This document shows, in pieces, positions 63,442-64,000 of a stretch of 64,000 bases of DNA. The notes beneath the pieces were generated by a model. The model saw nothing but the letters and a program-made list of their open reading frames with translations. It did not search any database and was not told the origin of the DNA. The stretch lies in NCBI GenBank assembly GCA_964387325.1, contig CAYLYE010000004.1, positions 1,661 through 65,660 on the forward strand, written 5' to 3'. The first letter of the stretch is position 1; every line of letters starts with the position of its first letter. This DNA is from an uncultured Planctomycetaceae bacterium. Its GTDB lineage: Bacteria > Planctomycetota > Planctomycetia > Pirellulales > PNKZ01. The translations under genes were made by a program, and so were the position numbers.

Positions 63442-64000
63442 TCACGCCGCTGGCACAAATCGCCATAGAATGGCGCGCCCCGTCCCGTTGCCGTAAAAGC
63501 GAATCACGCGGAGCCGTTGATGACGATTCAAGCGATTGATCGCATCATGCAAGCGACGTTGTGGGTCGAGGTCGGGTCGCGGAGGCAACGGATCGTCGAT
63601 CCGCTCAGGCCAGCCCTCCTCTTCAAACGCGGCGAGAATCCGCTCTTGATTCTGGGCGGGAAGCCGAAACTGTTTGATGGTTTGCCCTTGGTACTCGAGG
63701 ACCCGCGCCGCGGCGTTCCAACTCGGAGTACTCGACATGCTCGACTCGGTTGGCGCGAAAATCGAGTGGCTGGCGTCGCTCGGTCTCGACACGCTCAACC
63801 ACTCGGATGTGAATTGCACCCCCTTCGAGGTGAGCACAAAGCAGGTCCGATCCTCGAAGACAACAGGTCCTTGCGGCTCGAAGACACGATGCTGTGTGCA
63901 ACAGCTCTGTGTCACTTCACGTGCCAGCGCGAGATACCCTTGGCACGTGAGCCAGCGGAGATCGTTATCCGAGGCCCCCAAGGATTGCAGCGTTCGTCTG
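63442..64000 (-). CDS. Hypothetical protein, 5' end probably outside window
   Basis: The listed start at 63981 is TTG and the frame stays open to nt 63999. No recognised motif. The C-terminal segment is ILAAFEEEGWPERIDDPLPPRPD...LRVIRFYGNGTGRAILW. Confidence 0.5.
   Translation of the reverse strand, partial: RRTLQSLGASDNDLRWLTCQGYLALAREVTQSCCTQHRVFEPQGPVVFEDRTCFVLTSKGVQFTSEWLSVSRPSDASHSIFAPTESSMSSTPSWNAAARVLEYQGQTIKQFRLPAQNQERILAAFEEEGWPERIDDPLPPRPDLDPQRRLHDAINRLNRHQRLRVIRFYGNGTGRAILWRFVPAA

Overview
High-GC (about 60-65% in core genes) bacterial chromosomal segment. The gene content looks planctomycete (Pirellulales-like): two DUF1080 proteins, a TAT-signal Gfo/Idh/MocA oxidoreductase, sialate O-acetylesterase, an FhcC/FwdC-like protein, giant low-complexity proteins and ACAGAG-rich intergenic palindromes. 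This taxonomic call is inference only. I support about 55 CDS and see no rRNA, tRNA or CRISPR. Core metabolism includes tandem MFS transporters, sucCD, a class-V aminotransferase, dksA, an HtrA-like protease, nucleoside hydrolase, an HD phosphohydrolase, PNP, SppA, kdsB and MoeA. Four regions deserve attention. (1) 22.0-30.4 kb holds a fragmentary Tad/Cpa-type pilus locus: TadE/TadE/TadG pseudopilins plus a secretin / Gly-tailed lipoprotein / 1229-aa TPR lipoprotein operon, with no ATPase, platform, CpaB or pilin genes. (2) 40.3-57.1 kb holds a FixL/FixJ-like two-component system next to a 13-gene chemosensory operon. That operon has two CheA kinases, one soluble GAF-PAS receptor, CheC+CheD+CheX and five receiver domains. 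(3) 60.0-63.2 kb holds an accessory patch: a lower-GC orphan gene pair next to a signal-less papain-like C1 peptidase. (4) A dispersed family of long inverted repeats is present, plus a CTAG-rich palindrome wedged between sucC and sucD. All family calls rest on motif recognition by eye. No database search was possible, and start codons are often uncertain because the ORF track renders GTG/TTG starts as M.
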